NCBI GenBank assembly: GCA_964587045.1
Contig: CAZPJY010000002.1
Coordinates: forward strand, 62,001-91,777
Direction: 5' to 3'
Length of the DNA: 29,777 nucleotides
Source of the DNA: an uncultured Methanosarcinales archaeon
Lineage (GTDB): Archaea > Nanobdellota > Nanobdellia > Woesearchaeales > CAZPJY01
Positions 1 to 8,951 of this stretch are shown here, in pieces. The position numbers and the translations under genes are program-made. The notes below the pieces were generated by a model, which worked only from the letters and a program-made list of their open reading frames with translations, did no database searches and was not told where the DNA came from. How positions within the stretch are numbered: position 1 is the stretch's first letter; each line of letters starts with the position of its first letter.

Positions 1-2
1 GA

Positions 3-1631
3 AGGGTGTTCGCTCCTTGGGACGAGAGGAAGGTGGGGATGGCAAGCCAACTCGTGCTGAAATCCATAAGCATGGCGACAGGGGTGTCCATACCCAGGCT
101 TGAGTCCTCTTGGAAAGAGAGCGGAGACCTGGGGGAAGTGGTGGCCCATCTGGCCTCGAAGGGAAGGCAGTCGACACTTTTCTCCAGGCACCTGACTGTC
201 AGGAAGGTGTTCGACAACCTCCGCAACGCATCGGGGCTCTCAGGCAAGGGCACCGTCTCAAAGAAGGTCCAGTTGGTCACAGAGCTGCTCACCTCAGCCA
301 CTCCGGCAGAGGCCAAGTACGTGGTCAGGACCGTGCTCGAGGACCTAAGGGTGGGGATAGGTGAAGGGATAATCAGGGATGCCATAGCATGGGCCGCCCT
401 GTTCGGTGACAGGATGTCCTTTGAGGGAGGCAGGCTGCTGTTCGATTCGGAGGAGGCCAAAGCATCTGCCGGATCTGAGCTCGCACAGGCATCTGAGCTG
501 GTGCAGGAAGCCTACGACCGCACCAATGACATGGTGGAGGTAGCAAGGATTGCCCTCAAGAAGGGTAAGCAGGGTCTCAGGGAGGTGTCCATCAGGGTGG
601 GCAAGCCAGTTAAGGTTATGCTTTACCCCAAGGCTTCGAGCGTCGAGGATGCCTTCAACACGGTAGGGCGGCCCGCTGCAATCGAATTCAAGTATGACGG
701 GTTCAGGATACAGGTCCATAAGGAGGGGGAGAAGATACGGCTTTTTACCAGAAGGCTAGAGGAGGTAACTGAGCAGTTCCCGGATGTCGTGTCTGCTGTG
801 AAGAGCAACATATCAGCCAAGACATGCATACTCGATGGCGAGGCGGTCGGCTTCGACCCCAAGTCTGGCAAGTACCTGCCGTTCCAAAGCATTAGCCAAA
901 GGATCAGACGCAAGTACGACATCGCCAGCATGGCCAAGCGATTCCCGGTTGAATATGTCGTGTTCGACCTTATCCACATTGATGGCAAGGATATCACAAG
1001 GATTCAGTTCAAGGATCGTCGCAAGAAGATTCTCAAGATTCTAAATCCTGTGCACCAAGCGATAGTGCCAGCCAAGCAGCTGATCACGGGAGATGATGAG
1101 GAGGCCGGCAGGTTCTACCAAGAGGCACTTGACGCGCAAGAGGAAGGCGTGATGTTCAAATCCCTCAGTTCTGCATACAAGCCTGGGGCGCGAGTAGGGT
1201 ATGGCATCAAACTCAAGCCGGTCATGGAGAGCCTGGACCTTGTGATTATCGGAGCAGAGTGGGGTGAGGGCAAGCGGGCGAATTGGCTGACCAGCTTCAC
1301 CCTGGCCTGCAGGAATGAAGATGGCTCCTTCCTTGAGATAGGCAAGGTCGGCACAGGACTAAAGGAGAAGGATGAGGAGGGCCTCTCCTTCAATCAGGTC
1401 ACAGAGCTGCTTAGGCCCTACATCCATAAGGAGAAGGGAAGGGAAGTGGCAATCAATCCTGCTGTCGTGCTCGAGATCAACTATGAGGAGATCCAGAAGA
1501 GTCCGACCTATGCTTCAGGGTACGCTTTGAGATTCCCGAGGGTTGTCCGCCTGAGGGATGATAAGGGTCCTGACGACGCCTCCTCCATCAAGCAGGTGGA
1601 GGAGCTGTACGAAGGGCAGAGGGCTTCTTGA
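3..1631 (+). CDS. lig: ATP-dependent DNA ligase, archaeal type (5' truncated by window edge)
   Basis: Motif I EFKYDG (adenylated Lys), LDGE, FDLI, EGVMFK, KLKP, LDLVIIG and C-terminal ALRFPR. The frame is open to the window start. Confidence 0.97.
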   Translation, partial: RVFAPWDERKVGMASQLVLKSISMATGVSIPRLESSWKESGDLGEVVAHLASKGRQSTLFSRHLTVRKVFDNLRNASGLSGKGTVSKKVQLVTELLTSATPAEAKYVVRTVLEDLRVGIGEGIIRDAIAWAALFGDRMSFEGGRLLFDSEEAKASAGSELAQASELVQEAYDRTNDMVEVARIALKKGKQGLREVSIRVGKPVKVMLYPKASSVEDAFNTVGRPAAIEFKYDGFRIQVHKEGEKIRLFTRRLEEVTEQFPDVVSAVKSNISAKTCILDGEAVGFDPKSGKYLPFQSISQRIRRKYDIASMAKRFPVEYVVFDLIHIDGKDITRIQFKDRRKKILKILNPVHQAIVPAKQLITGDDEEAGRFYQEALDAQEEGVMFKSLSSAYKPGARVGYGIKLKPVMESLDLVIIGAEWGEGKRANWLTSFTLACRNEDGSFLEIGKVGTGLKEKDEEGLSFNQVTELLRPYIHKEKGREVAINPAVVLEINYEEIQKSPTYASGYALRFPRVVRLRDDKGPDDASSIKQVEELYEGQRAS

Positions 1632-1680
1632 ATCTGGAAACAGCCAGCAGATGATGCTGACTAAGCTGGTGTATTAAAAA

Positions 1681-1695
1681 TGGAACACTGTTCCA
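1681..1695. promoter_or_regulatory. Perfect 7-1-7 inverted repeat TGGAACA-C-TGTTCCA, putative operator of the downstream HTH gene
   Basis: Palindrome read directly, ~40 bp upstream of the ATG at 1737. Function inferred. Confidence 0.45.
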
Positions 1696-1736
1696 AAATC
1701 GAAACGAATAAATATTACCATTATTTTTAATAGATA

Positions 1737-2276
1737 ATGGAGAACCTGGCAATCCTTGCTGAACTCTTCGATTCGAAGATGCTGGGCGTCCTCAAAGAGC
1801 TTTTCTCGGACAGGGAGCAACAATGGGGCGTCCGTGAGCTGGCGCGGGCCGCTAAAGTTCCCCCTGCAACCACCCACCGCATACTGAAGCGCCTCATGGA
1901 GCTGGATATAGTCCATTCCCAAGGCATAAAGAGCATTAAGCTCTATTCTCTTGCGAAGAATGAGAAGGTGACCTTCCTGGAGAGTTTCATAAAACAGGAC
2001 CGCCGCGTCCTGGATGTCTTCGTTTCTGATATAAGCCAGATACAGGGCGCTGAGCAGGTCATCCTCATAGGCAAGCCCACCAAGAACAAGGCATCGATTA
2101 TCCTCATAGGCGACATAATTGCGCCTGAGGCAGTCAAGCAGATCATCTTTAGCATCAGAGAAGAGTTCCAATATACGATTAACCACTTTACACTAACGAA
2201 GGAGCAGTACCAGCAGATGCTCAACATGGGGCTATATCCAGGCGAAAAGAAGGTTTTATGGTCGAGAAATGCCTAA
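1737..2276 (+). CDS. Winged-HTH protein fused to a degenerate minimal-nucleotidyltransferase-like domain
   Basis: N-terminal wHTH (GVRELARAAKVPPATTHRILKRL...KLYSL). C-terminal VILIG...ASIILIGD...INHFTLTKEQY follows the MNT fold pattern but lacks GS and DxD. Confidence 0.75.
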   Translation: MENLAILAELFDSKMLGVLKELFSDREQQWGVRELARAAKVPPATTHRILKRLMELDIVHSQGIKSIKLYSLAKNEKVTFLESFIKQDRRVLDVFVSDISQIQGAEQVILIGKPTKNKASIILIGDIIAPEAVKQIIFSIREEFQYTINHFTLTKEQYQQMLNMGLYPGEKKVLWSRNA

Positions 2277-2341
2277 TCTGGCATAGTGCCCTATTACTAT
2301 TGATTTATCTACATAATTTGTGTAATATACATTTTAGTATA

Positions 2342-2356
2342 GAAAAGTTTATATAG
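2342..2356 (+). promoter_or_regulatory. BRE + TATA box (GAAAAG TTTATATA) upstream of ftsZ
   Basis: Consensus archaeal promoter ~280 bp upstream of the ftsZ ATG. The ftsZ start has its own purine-rich RBS-like element (AGGGGGA). Confidence 0.6.
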
Positions 2357-2634
2357 GTGCGGCTTCTTAAATAGAAATTGAACATTCCGATTTTTTTGGC
2401 GGGAAATCGGTTAGTTTTGTTCGGTTCTGAGCAAACCAAGGCGGAATAAGGCTCTTTGGCAGTGAAAGCCATAAGTTTTTGGTCTTTTCCACCAAAAGGC
2501 GTTGTAAAGTTTGGCGTTTTCTAAAGAGAGGATAGTTGAGACTGGAATATAAACATTATGGTCATTTAACATATACACTGCAATGTGTATTCCAGGGTGG
2601 TTAAAAGAATAGAGAAAAGATAGGGGGACAAAAA

Positions 2635-3711
2635 ATGGACTTCATCGTGGACAAAGCAATACAGAACACCGACGACAGCAGGTATGAAGGAATAGAAGTA
2701 GGCAACGCCAACATCAAGGTTATCGGTGCTGGCGGCGCAGGAAACAACATGGTAAACTGGCTCTATAAGAAGGGAGTCAAGGGTGCCGAGATTATTGCAT
2801 GCAATACTGATCAGCAGCATCTCAACATTACCGAGGCGGACAGGAAGTTCTTGCTGGGAAGAGAGGTCACCAAGGGACTGGGATGCGGCGGTTACCCTGA
2901 GAAAGGGGCTGAGTCGGCAAAAGAGGCTTTGCAGGAGATCAAGGATGTCTGCAAAGGCGCAGACATGGTCTTCGTCTGCGGTGGAATGGGAGGTGGCACT
3001 GGGACAGGCTCAGCGCCGATCATCGCAGAGGTGGCTAGGCAGGCAGGCTCGATTGTCATCGGGACGGTCACAATGCCATTTGCCATCGAGCGGGCCAGGG
3101 TCGACAAGGCCGAATTCGGCCTACAGCAGTTGAGGCAGGTTTCCGATACAGTGATTGTCATCGACAACAACAGACTGGTCCAGATAGCGGGAAATCTTCC
3201 CATACAACAGGCCTTTGCCGTGGCCAATGAGCTGATCAGCACTATGATTAAGGGAATTGTAGAGACGATCGCAATCCCAAGTCTTGTGAACCTTGACTTT
3301 GCGGATGTAAAAGCGATTATGAGTAACGGTGGAGTTGCAGCGATAGGTGTTGGGGCATCGGATACGAACAACAGAGTCGACGAGGCAGTGAAAGGAGCGT
3401 TATCAAATCCGCTGCTCGATATCAGCTACGAGGGCGCGACAGGCGCACTCATCCAGGTTGTAGGGGGACCCGACCTTACTCTGGAAGAAATCAACAAGGT
3501 CGGTGAGCTCGTCACCCAGTCCATGGACGACGATGCAAATTGCATCTGGGGCGCGCGGGTTTCAGAGGACATGAAGGGCAAGCTGACGGTGATGACCATC
3601 ATCACCGGCGTGAGATCGCCTTGGATCCTTGGCAAGGTGGACCGCAAAGAGCAGGTCAAGCAGCAGCAGGCTCTGATGAACGACGAGCTGGGAATCGAGA
3701 TTGTGGAGTAG
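2635..3711 (+). CDS. ftsZ: Cell division protein FtsZ (probably FtsZ2-type paralog)
   Basis: VIGAGGAGNN, NTD, tubulin signature GGGTGTG, NLDFADV T7 loop, IWGAR, acidic C-terminal tail ELGIEIVE. Confidence 0.98.
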   Translation: MDFIVDKAIQNTDDSRYEGIEVGNANIKVIGAGGAGNNMVNWLYKKGVKGAEIIACNTDQQHLNITEADRKFLLGREVTKGLGCGGYPEKGAESAKEALQEIKDVCKGADMVFVCGGMGGGTGTGSAPIIAEVARQAGSIVIGTVTMPFAIERARVDKAEFGLQQLRQVSDTVIVIDNNRLVQIAGNLPIQQAFAVANELISTMIKGIVETIAIPSLVNLDFADVKAIMSNGGVAAIGVGASDTNNRVDEAVKGALSNPLLDISYEGATGALIQVVGGPDLTLEEINKVGELVTQSMDDDANCIWGARVSEDMKGKLTVMTIITGVRSPWILGKVDRKEQVKQQQALMNDELGIEIVE

Positions 3712-3720
3712 GCTCCACAA

Positions 3721-3734
3721 TTTTTTCCCTTTTT
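3721..3734 (+). terminator. Oligo-T archaeal terminator after ftsZ
   Basis: TTTTTTCCCTTTTT starting 10 bp after the stop codon. Confidence 0.55.
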
Positions 3735-3737
3735 CCC

Positions 3738-3880
3738 CTGTCTGGTGCTAAAGCACCAGGCAGTGCACATCACGATCACACACAAAGTGTGGTATTCTTG
3801 CCTTCATTTTGTGAAATCACCCCCGACGATTGAACCCAATGAAGGCGAACCCTTTTGGTCCTCCGAGCGATCGGAGGGCT
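3738..3880 (+). ncRNA. Candidate structured RNA or MITE-like element (four consecutive hairpins)
   Basis: Stems 3738-3763 (11 bp), 3775-3793 (7 bp), 3798-3848 (11 bp) and 3857-3880 (10 bp, GCGA tetraloop). Each contains G-U pairs that work only on the + strand. Confidence 0.4.
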
Positions 3881-4392
3881 CATTTTCTTTTTTTGGTTTC
3901 CTTAAGCAGAGCTAGCGCTTTCCAGTAGTGCTTTGGAAGAGTCAGTTTATCCAGACTTGATATGTCATACCCTTGCCTGTGCAGGCCGTAGAGCCCGCCT
4001 ATCCTGGCTAGGAGTTCTTTGTATTTCTCGGCGCAGGACCAGAACGTGCCGGAAGTCCTGAGCCTCATCCCATATCCTGCGCCTTGGAGCCTCTGCTCCA
4101 AAATCCTCTCCTGTCCGATAATATGGAGAGCGTGGGTCTCCTCGTGAGCCTGGGTCACGATGTCCCTGAGAGGGCTGTGGTGCTCATAGAATATGATAAT
4201 CCTGGTGAAATCAGGGTCGATGAAGGTGTAGCCTGCTGAATCATTCTCTGTTGGGACGGGGCGAAGCAGGCCGAACTCCCGAAAAATCAGGCCAAGGTGC
4301 TCTGACATGTCGTCAACGAACCCGTCATCACGCACTGAATACCGGTGATGCCAGGTCTCAATCCCTAACATGGGAAGTATTATCCTGCTCAT
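3880..4392 (-). CDS. Putative zincin metallopeptidase (ImmA/IrrE-like HExxH protein)
   Basis: IIIFY...TQAHEETHAL motif with a downstream ELLA segment. Start overlaps the stop of the upstream DHH gene (ATGA). Confidence 0.55.
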   Translation of the reverse strand: MSRIILPMLGIETWHHRYSVRDDGFVDDMSEHLGLIFREFGLLRPVPTENDSAGYTFIDPDFTRIIIFYEHHSPLRDIVTQAHEETHALHIIGQERILEQRLQGAGYGMRLRTSGTFWSCAEKYKELLARIGGLYGLHRQGYDISSLDKLTLPKHYWKALALLKETKKRK

Positions 4393-5435
4393 TTTTCGAG
4401 CCTGCCAAGCAATAAAGAAAAGACCCTTTCGGCCTCCACAGCATCAGATTCCTGCACCACGTCGAAGCTTGCGACTCCGATACCAGAATGCCCTCCTCCG
4501 TTTGCGGTGTTGTCCTTCATGAACTGTCCCAGGTTGACTGTATTGTGGTTTTCGATGAAGGTATTTTTCTTAGCCACGATTGAAATGGAGTACTTGATAT
4601 GTCTGCTGTATGACCTGCGGAGGTAGAACCCCACCATCACCTCAGTATCAGGGAACTGGCGGAACGCACTGTACTTGGAGAACATGCCCGGAAGACGCTT
4701 CTTCCGCTGGTCTATCCGCTCGATGATGACCGGTCCATGTCGCACCCTGAGCTTCTTGGCTGCTTCCTCATAGGCTATCTGCTGGTTCTTCACCCATCTT
4801 GCGCGATCCACGACATCAGGATGCTCTGTGAGACCTTTCCAGTCACATGTCCTTCCAATGCCCCTCACCAAACTTGGCAGATAGGAGCGCTTAATCTCGG
4901 TTTTCCGTTCCACTTCCTTTACTCCCAGTCTCCTCAAACGCTTCTTGGTTCCGTCTAGGGAGAGATCGAGCCGGATGCCGGGTATGGACAGGTCGTCGTA
5001 CTCATCTATGGACCTGTAGTTGGCAGAATCGACCCGGTCTGTTATCTCCACCAGGTCGCCGTAGAGCTCCTGCAGCTTTGGATATAGTCCCGCGTAGTGC
5101 CTGAAGATCAGTCCGGCGCAAGAGGGGGCTTTGGGGTCGTATAGCTTGTATTTGGCTGATCCGTTTGGATGCTCATTGTCTTCGTGGTGGTCGGCCCAGA
5201 ACAGGATTCTCCTTCCGGGCTGGGGCAGGTCCAAGACTGTGTCGTTCCTGCTGAGGTTCTCCCTGTTGATCGAGTTCTTCTTCCAGTAGCAGATGTTGTC
5301 GGGCTCGTCTATGTCCCAGTAGTCTGTTATTCGGACCTCATCGTACCTTCTGTGCCACTCCGATTCCATGAGATTGAGCATGAGAGCTCCTGAGACGATT
5401 CCGTCAAGGTCTGAGTGGGTGTAGAGGCTGCCCAT
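4389..5435 (-). CDS. DHH-family phosphoesterase (DHH/DHHA1)
   Basis: HSDLDG, VLDLP, WADHH, SCAGL and C-terminal GGGH motifs. Confidence 0.88.
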   Translation of the reverse strand: MGSLYTHSDLDGIVSGALMLNLMESEWHRRYDEVRITDYWDIDEPDNICYWKKNSINRENLSRNDTVLDLPQPGRRILFWADHHEDNEHPNGSAKYKLYDPKAPSCAGLIFRHYAGLYPKLQELYGDLVEITDRVDSANYRSIDEYDDLSIPGIRLDLSLDGTKKRLRRLGVKEVERKTEIKRSYLPSLVRGIGRTCDWKGLTEHPDVVDRARWVKNQQIAYEEAAKKLRVRHGPVIIERIDQRKKRLPGMFSKYSAFRQFPDTEVMVGFYLRRSYSRHIKYSISIVAKKNTFIENHNTVNLGQFMKDNTANGGGHSGIGVASFDVVQESDAVEAERVFSLLLGRLEK

Positions 5436-5534
5436 GCCGGTTGGGTGGGTCAGTCGATTATTTAAGCCTATTCTTTTTAACTACTAATTGATAGTTACAT
5501 ATTTTATTTATATGAGCTGGCAATCCAAAGGCGC

Positions 5535-6299
5535 ATGGCACTGTACCTCATCGGGCTAGGACTGAATGACATCAAGGATATCAGCGTCAAGGGCATGGAG
5601 ACAGCCAGGAACTGCGACCGGATCTATTTCGAGAACTACACCGGGATATTTACCAACACACCCAAGGAGATAGGGCAATTCCTGGGAAAAGAGATAATTC
5701 CAGCAGACCGTACAATGGTTGAGCAGAAAGCTGAAGAGACCCTGCTCGCTGACGCAAAAGGCGGCGATACTGCCCTGCTGGTCATCGGCGATCCGCTCTC
5801 GGCGACCACGCATCAGGACCTCGTGGACAGGGCAAGGGAGCTCGGCATCAGTGTCGAGGTCATCCACAACGCCTCGATTTTCTCCGCAGTTGGGTTTACA
5901 GGCCTGCAGGTCTACAAGTTCGGAAAGACCACATCCATCCCATTCCCGCAAGGGGACTGGGAGCCCGAGACTCCGTACGATGTTCTGAAGGATAATAAGG
6001 CACTAGGCTACCACACCCTGTTCCTACTGGATGTCAGGGCTGAGGAGCACAGGTTCATGACCATACCAGAAGCTATAAAGGTCTTGGAGGACCTCGAGGC
6101 CAGGCGTCAGGAAGGCCTTTTTACCAAGGACACCTTCTGCGTTGGCTGCGCAAGGCTCGGGTCTGAAGAGCCCATAATCATCGCCGGCAATGCCGCAGAC
6201 CTGGCCAAGAAGGATTTCGGCATGCAGCCACACTGCCTGATTGTCCCGGGCGAGCTCCACTTTAAGGAGGAGGAAGCGTTAGCTCATTTCAAGATTTAG
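5535..6299 (+). CDS. dph5: Diphthine synthase
   Basis: LYLIGLGL, ENYT, GDPLSATTH, HNASI, GLQVYKFGKTTS, HTLFLLD, PHCLIVPGELHFKE. Confidence 0.96.
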   Translation: MALYLIGLGLNDIKDISVKGMETARNCDRIYFENYTGIFTNTPKEIGQFLGKEIIPADRTMVEQKAEETLLADAKGGDTALLVIGDPLSATTHQDLVDRARELGISVEVIHNASIFSAVGFTGLQVYKFGKTTSIPFPQGDWEPETPYDVLKDNKALGYHTLFLLDVRAEEHRFMTIPEAIKVLEDLEARRQEGLFTKDTFCVGCARLGSEEPIIIAGNAADLAKKDFGMQPHCLIVPGELHFKEEEALAHFKI

Positions 6300-6642
6300 G
6301 CACTACTAATCCTCTTCTCAATTTCTTATTAGTATATACCTTTAGAGGGGACAATACAACGAACACAAGGAACAACAGAAAAATCGAGAAAAAGAGGGGC
6401 TTTTGTCTCCCTTGCGGGATTGTTAGAGTGTATCCTGTCAAGCCCCCAGCCTTGAATGGAGGCTGGACATACTGAAAAGAGACATAATCCGTGTCTTTGA
6501 AGGCGAGAATGATAGAATCTTTATACTTGGAATACAAATCAGCATCGCATTGGCAGATTGTCTTCGAATCAGCATTGACAATCTGGATGCTTAGTAGTAT
6601 AAAGATAACCATGTACCAAAGCAAATTACCGCAATTCTCCAT
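6289..6642 (-). CDS. Small membrane-anchored hypothetical protein
   Basis: N-terminal signal-like hydrophobic stretch, C-terminal hydrophobic helix and basic tail. Overlaps the stop of the upstream surface protein gene. Confidence 0.55.
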   Translation of the reverse strand: MENCGNLLWYMVIFILLSIQIVNADSKTICQCDADLYSKYKDSIILAFKDTDYVSFQYVQPPFKAGGLTGYTLTIPQGRQKPLFFSIFLLFLVFVVLSPLKVYTNKKLRRGLVVPKS

Positions 6643-8872
6643 AGAAGATCACCATGTTCGATGCGCCCTTATAACTGGCTAATCTTTTTGGAACGCGTAT
6701 CTCATAATCATAGGTACCATATGATCCCACCCAATTATCATGAATCTTGGTTACGAGAATGATATCTTCCCTATCCAGGTCATCATAGGTGTTGTCCAAG
6801 CTGTCGCTCGAATCCCACAACAAACCTGATTTAAACGGACTGAATGTGGTGGAGTTACATATTGGGATGCCGGAAATATTTTCACCGAATATTGAGAACC
6901 AATCCTCATCAATTATATCTCCAAATTTTGTGAACATTGCATTTACCGAATCGTTGAATCCGTTCATACTGAGAGCTGAGTCTATCTCATTGAAATCCTC
7001 TATTGAGGGAGCAGTATCAGTCTTTTGACCGACTGGTACAAGTGAGTCCCAGCTTATGTTCGAATCTTTGTCTGCAATATAGATATTACCTCTCAGTGTA
7101 TCTTGCCATCTCATTAAGGACAGCTTGTCCTTATCATAAATACCGATCTCACCAGATATGTTTCCATAATACACCTGCCAGGATGAGATCCAGACTGATT
7201 TGCTGATGTAGTTGTTGCTTTCAATCCATTCCTGGATAGAGCCATTCTCCTCAATAGGCGGATCTACCTCAACAAGGATTGTCGAGAGACCCATGCCTGC
7301 AATCCAGGTTACATTCAGATTCTGATATGTGCCAGCTGCCAATGTAACAGTCAAATTTCTTAAACTTGTTTGGGTGGTTGTCTCCCAGAAACGGACCAAG
7401 ACCTCAGATGCATCAGCGTCCCCAATATTGGTAATATTTGCATATACGGCAACACTATCATTCTCGACAGGATTTGAATTGTTCAACCTGATATCATATA
7501 CTAGCATATCAGGGTATCGCCCTTCGATGTTGAAACCTGAATAGTCATAACTACCAGAGGATTTACTCGTATCATTAACCTTGAAAAAGACTGGGTACTG
7601 GGCTGAGTCATTCGTGTCAATACTGATGACATAGTTGAACAGGGCCGCCTCTCCACTCTTTATCTGGCCGCCTAGTGATAGATTCCACTCAATTTTCCCA
7701 TTTGAAAAGTTGCCTCCTGTGTAGTTGAGTGAATCTGCATCTGTATACCAGATTTCCTGAGAGGGATTCACACTCCAGTTAATATCAATACCTTCATGAT
7801 AGATGGAGTCGTTGACATCAATATTCCAAGAGATGCCGGTATTCAAAATATTGAACTCAATTCGGTATCTTCTCCCACTCTTTAGGTCAAATGTTGTATT
7901 GATTCCGAACTCGGTGACGTTAGAACGGTCATATATGCCTAAACCTGTTATATCATATATGGTAATATTTGTTAGGTTTGGCAGTGTATTCCCAGCTCCC
8001 CCTCCAAACGCGTCGAACGAGGTCACATTGAACCAAAAATGTGATGAGTTCTCCTGGAGATTATATTCTCCTGAATCTCTTATATCCCAATTGTTACATG
8101 AGATATTTATATAATCCCACGCTGTGCAGTGAAGAATGCTCTCGGGGAAATGGTTCATTTTTGGAAGTTTAACTTCAGCGTTGCTAAAACTAATCTCAGA
8201 GTCATTGATGTAAAATACCGACGAGATATCTTGGATTGCTGAAGGCTTGGAACCAGTATAATTCTCAATCAGTTGGTAACGCAGTGAGGAAGTATTCTGG
8301 AAGCTAAGATTTAATATCAAAACTGAGATGCTTCCATTAGAGGTCTGAGCATCAATTAACAAATTATAAAAATTATCTCCAAGGATTGAATAATTGCAAT
8401 ATGAAAAGTTGTTTAATGGTTCACTATCATCTTGAGCCATAATGGTCAGGTGGGTATCTTGCATAGTACCAGCAATATTTTCTGTTAATATCTTAGTATT
8501 TTGGTGGACTACAGCTGTTCCATTGACCGTATTATTTTCGCCCTGTTCATTGTTGCATCGCATCTCATAATTATAAGATCTTGTCTCAGAAAAAGTCCTC
8601 TCATACCAGAATAAACCAGCTGAATCGTTAATTGTCATATTGAAATAGTCCAGACGGTCAAATGATATCATGCACACCAAGTGGGTTATATTACTATGAT
8701 TTGATAGCCTGAGGTAGAATATGAGATTATCCCCAATAAATGAGGTAAGGTTGTCTGATGTGTCCCAGGTTTCAAAATTAGGGCCAAGAGCCACGCTGAT
8801 AGTACACATCGGTGATAGGAGGATGACTACCAGCGTGGCTAAACATTTGTATATTATACGTGAGGATAACAC
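6626..8872 (-). CDS. Secreted cell-surface glycoprotein with CARDB (Ig-like) domain
   Basis: Signal peptide, more than 30 N-x-S/T sequons, CARDB pattern (PDMLV...ANITNIG...VRF...VDP...E.NN), C-terminal WQVYYGN...YDYEIRVP...FYGELR domain resembling archaeal surface proteins. Confidence 0.8.
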   Translation of the reverse strand: MLSSRIIYKCLATLVVILLSPMCTISVALGPNFETWDTSDNLTSFIGDNLIFYLRLSNHSNITHLVCMISFDRLDYFNMTINDSAGLFWYERTFSETRSYNYEMRCNNEQGENNTVNGTAVVHQNTKILTENIAGTMQDTHLTIMAQDDSEPLNNFSYCNYSILGDNFYNLLIDAQTSNGSISVLILNLSFQNTSSLRYQLIENYTGSKPSAIQDISSVFYINDSEISFSNAEVKLPKMNHFPESILHCTAWDYINISCNNWDIRDSGEYNLQENSSHFWFNVTSFDAFGGGAGNTLPNLTNITIYDITGLGIYDRSNVTEFGINTTFDLKSGRRYRIEFNILNTGISWNIDVNDSIYHEGIDINWSVNPSQEIWYTDADSLNYTGGNFSNGKIEWNLSLGGQIKSGEAALFNYVISIDTNDSAQYPVFFKVNDTSKSSGSYDYSGFNIEGRYPDMLVYDIRLNNSNPVENDSVAVYANITNIGDADASEVLVRFWETTTQTSLRNLTVTLAAGTYQNLNVTWIAGMGLSTILVEVDPPIEENGSIQEWIESNNYISKSVWISSWQVYYGNISGEIGIYDKDKLSLMRWQDTLRGNIYIADKDSNISWDSLVPVGQKTDTAPSIEDFNEIDSALSMNGFNDSVNAMFTKFGDIIDEDWFSIFGENISGIPICNSTTFSPFKSGLLWDSSDSLDNTYDDLDREDIILVTKIHDNWVGSYGTYDYEIRVPKRLASYKGASNMVIFYGELR

Positions 8873-8951
8873 ATTCGCCTTGAGATATTTATAGAAAACT
8901 GATTTTTATTTGAGACGCATGATACTGGATAAATTTCTCTGGTATTTTATC

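Noticed and set aside
1641..1670. Hairpin CAGCA-GATGA-TGCTG after the ligase, as a possible hammerhead ribozyme
   Set aside because: No CUGANGA core or correctly placed GAAA, and only a single short stem.
2511..2552. Short frame LAFSKERIVETGI* resembling part of the CdrS ribbon-helix-helix protein
   Set aside because: Only a few matching residues, bounded by stops, with no recognisable flanking similarity. Consistent with chance.
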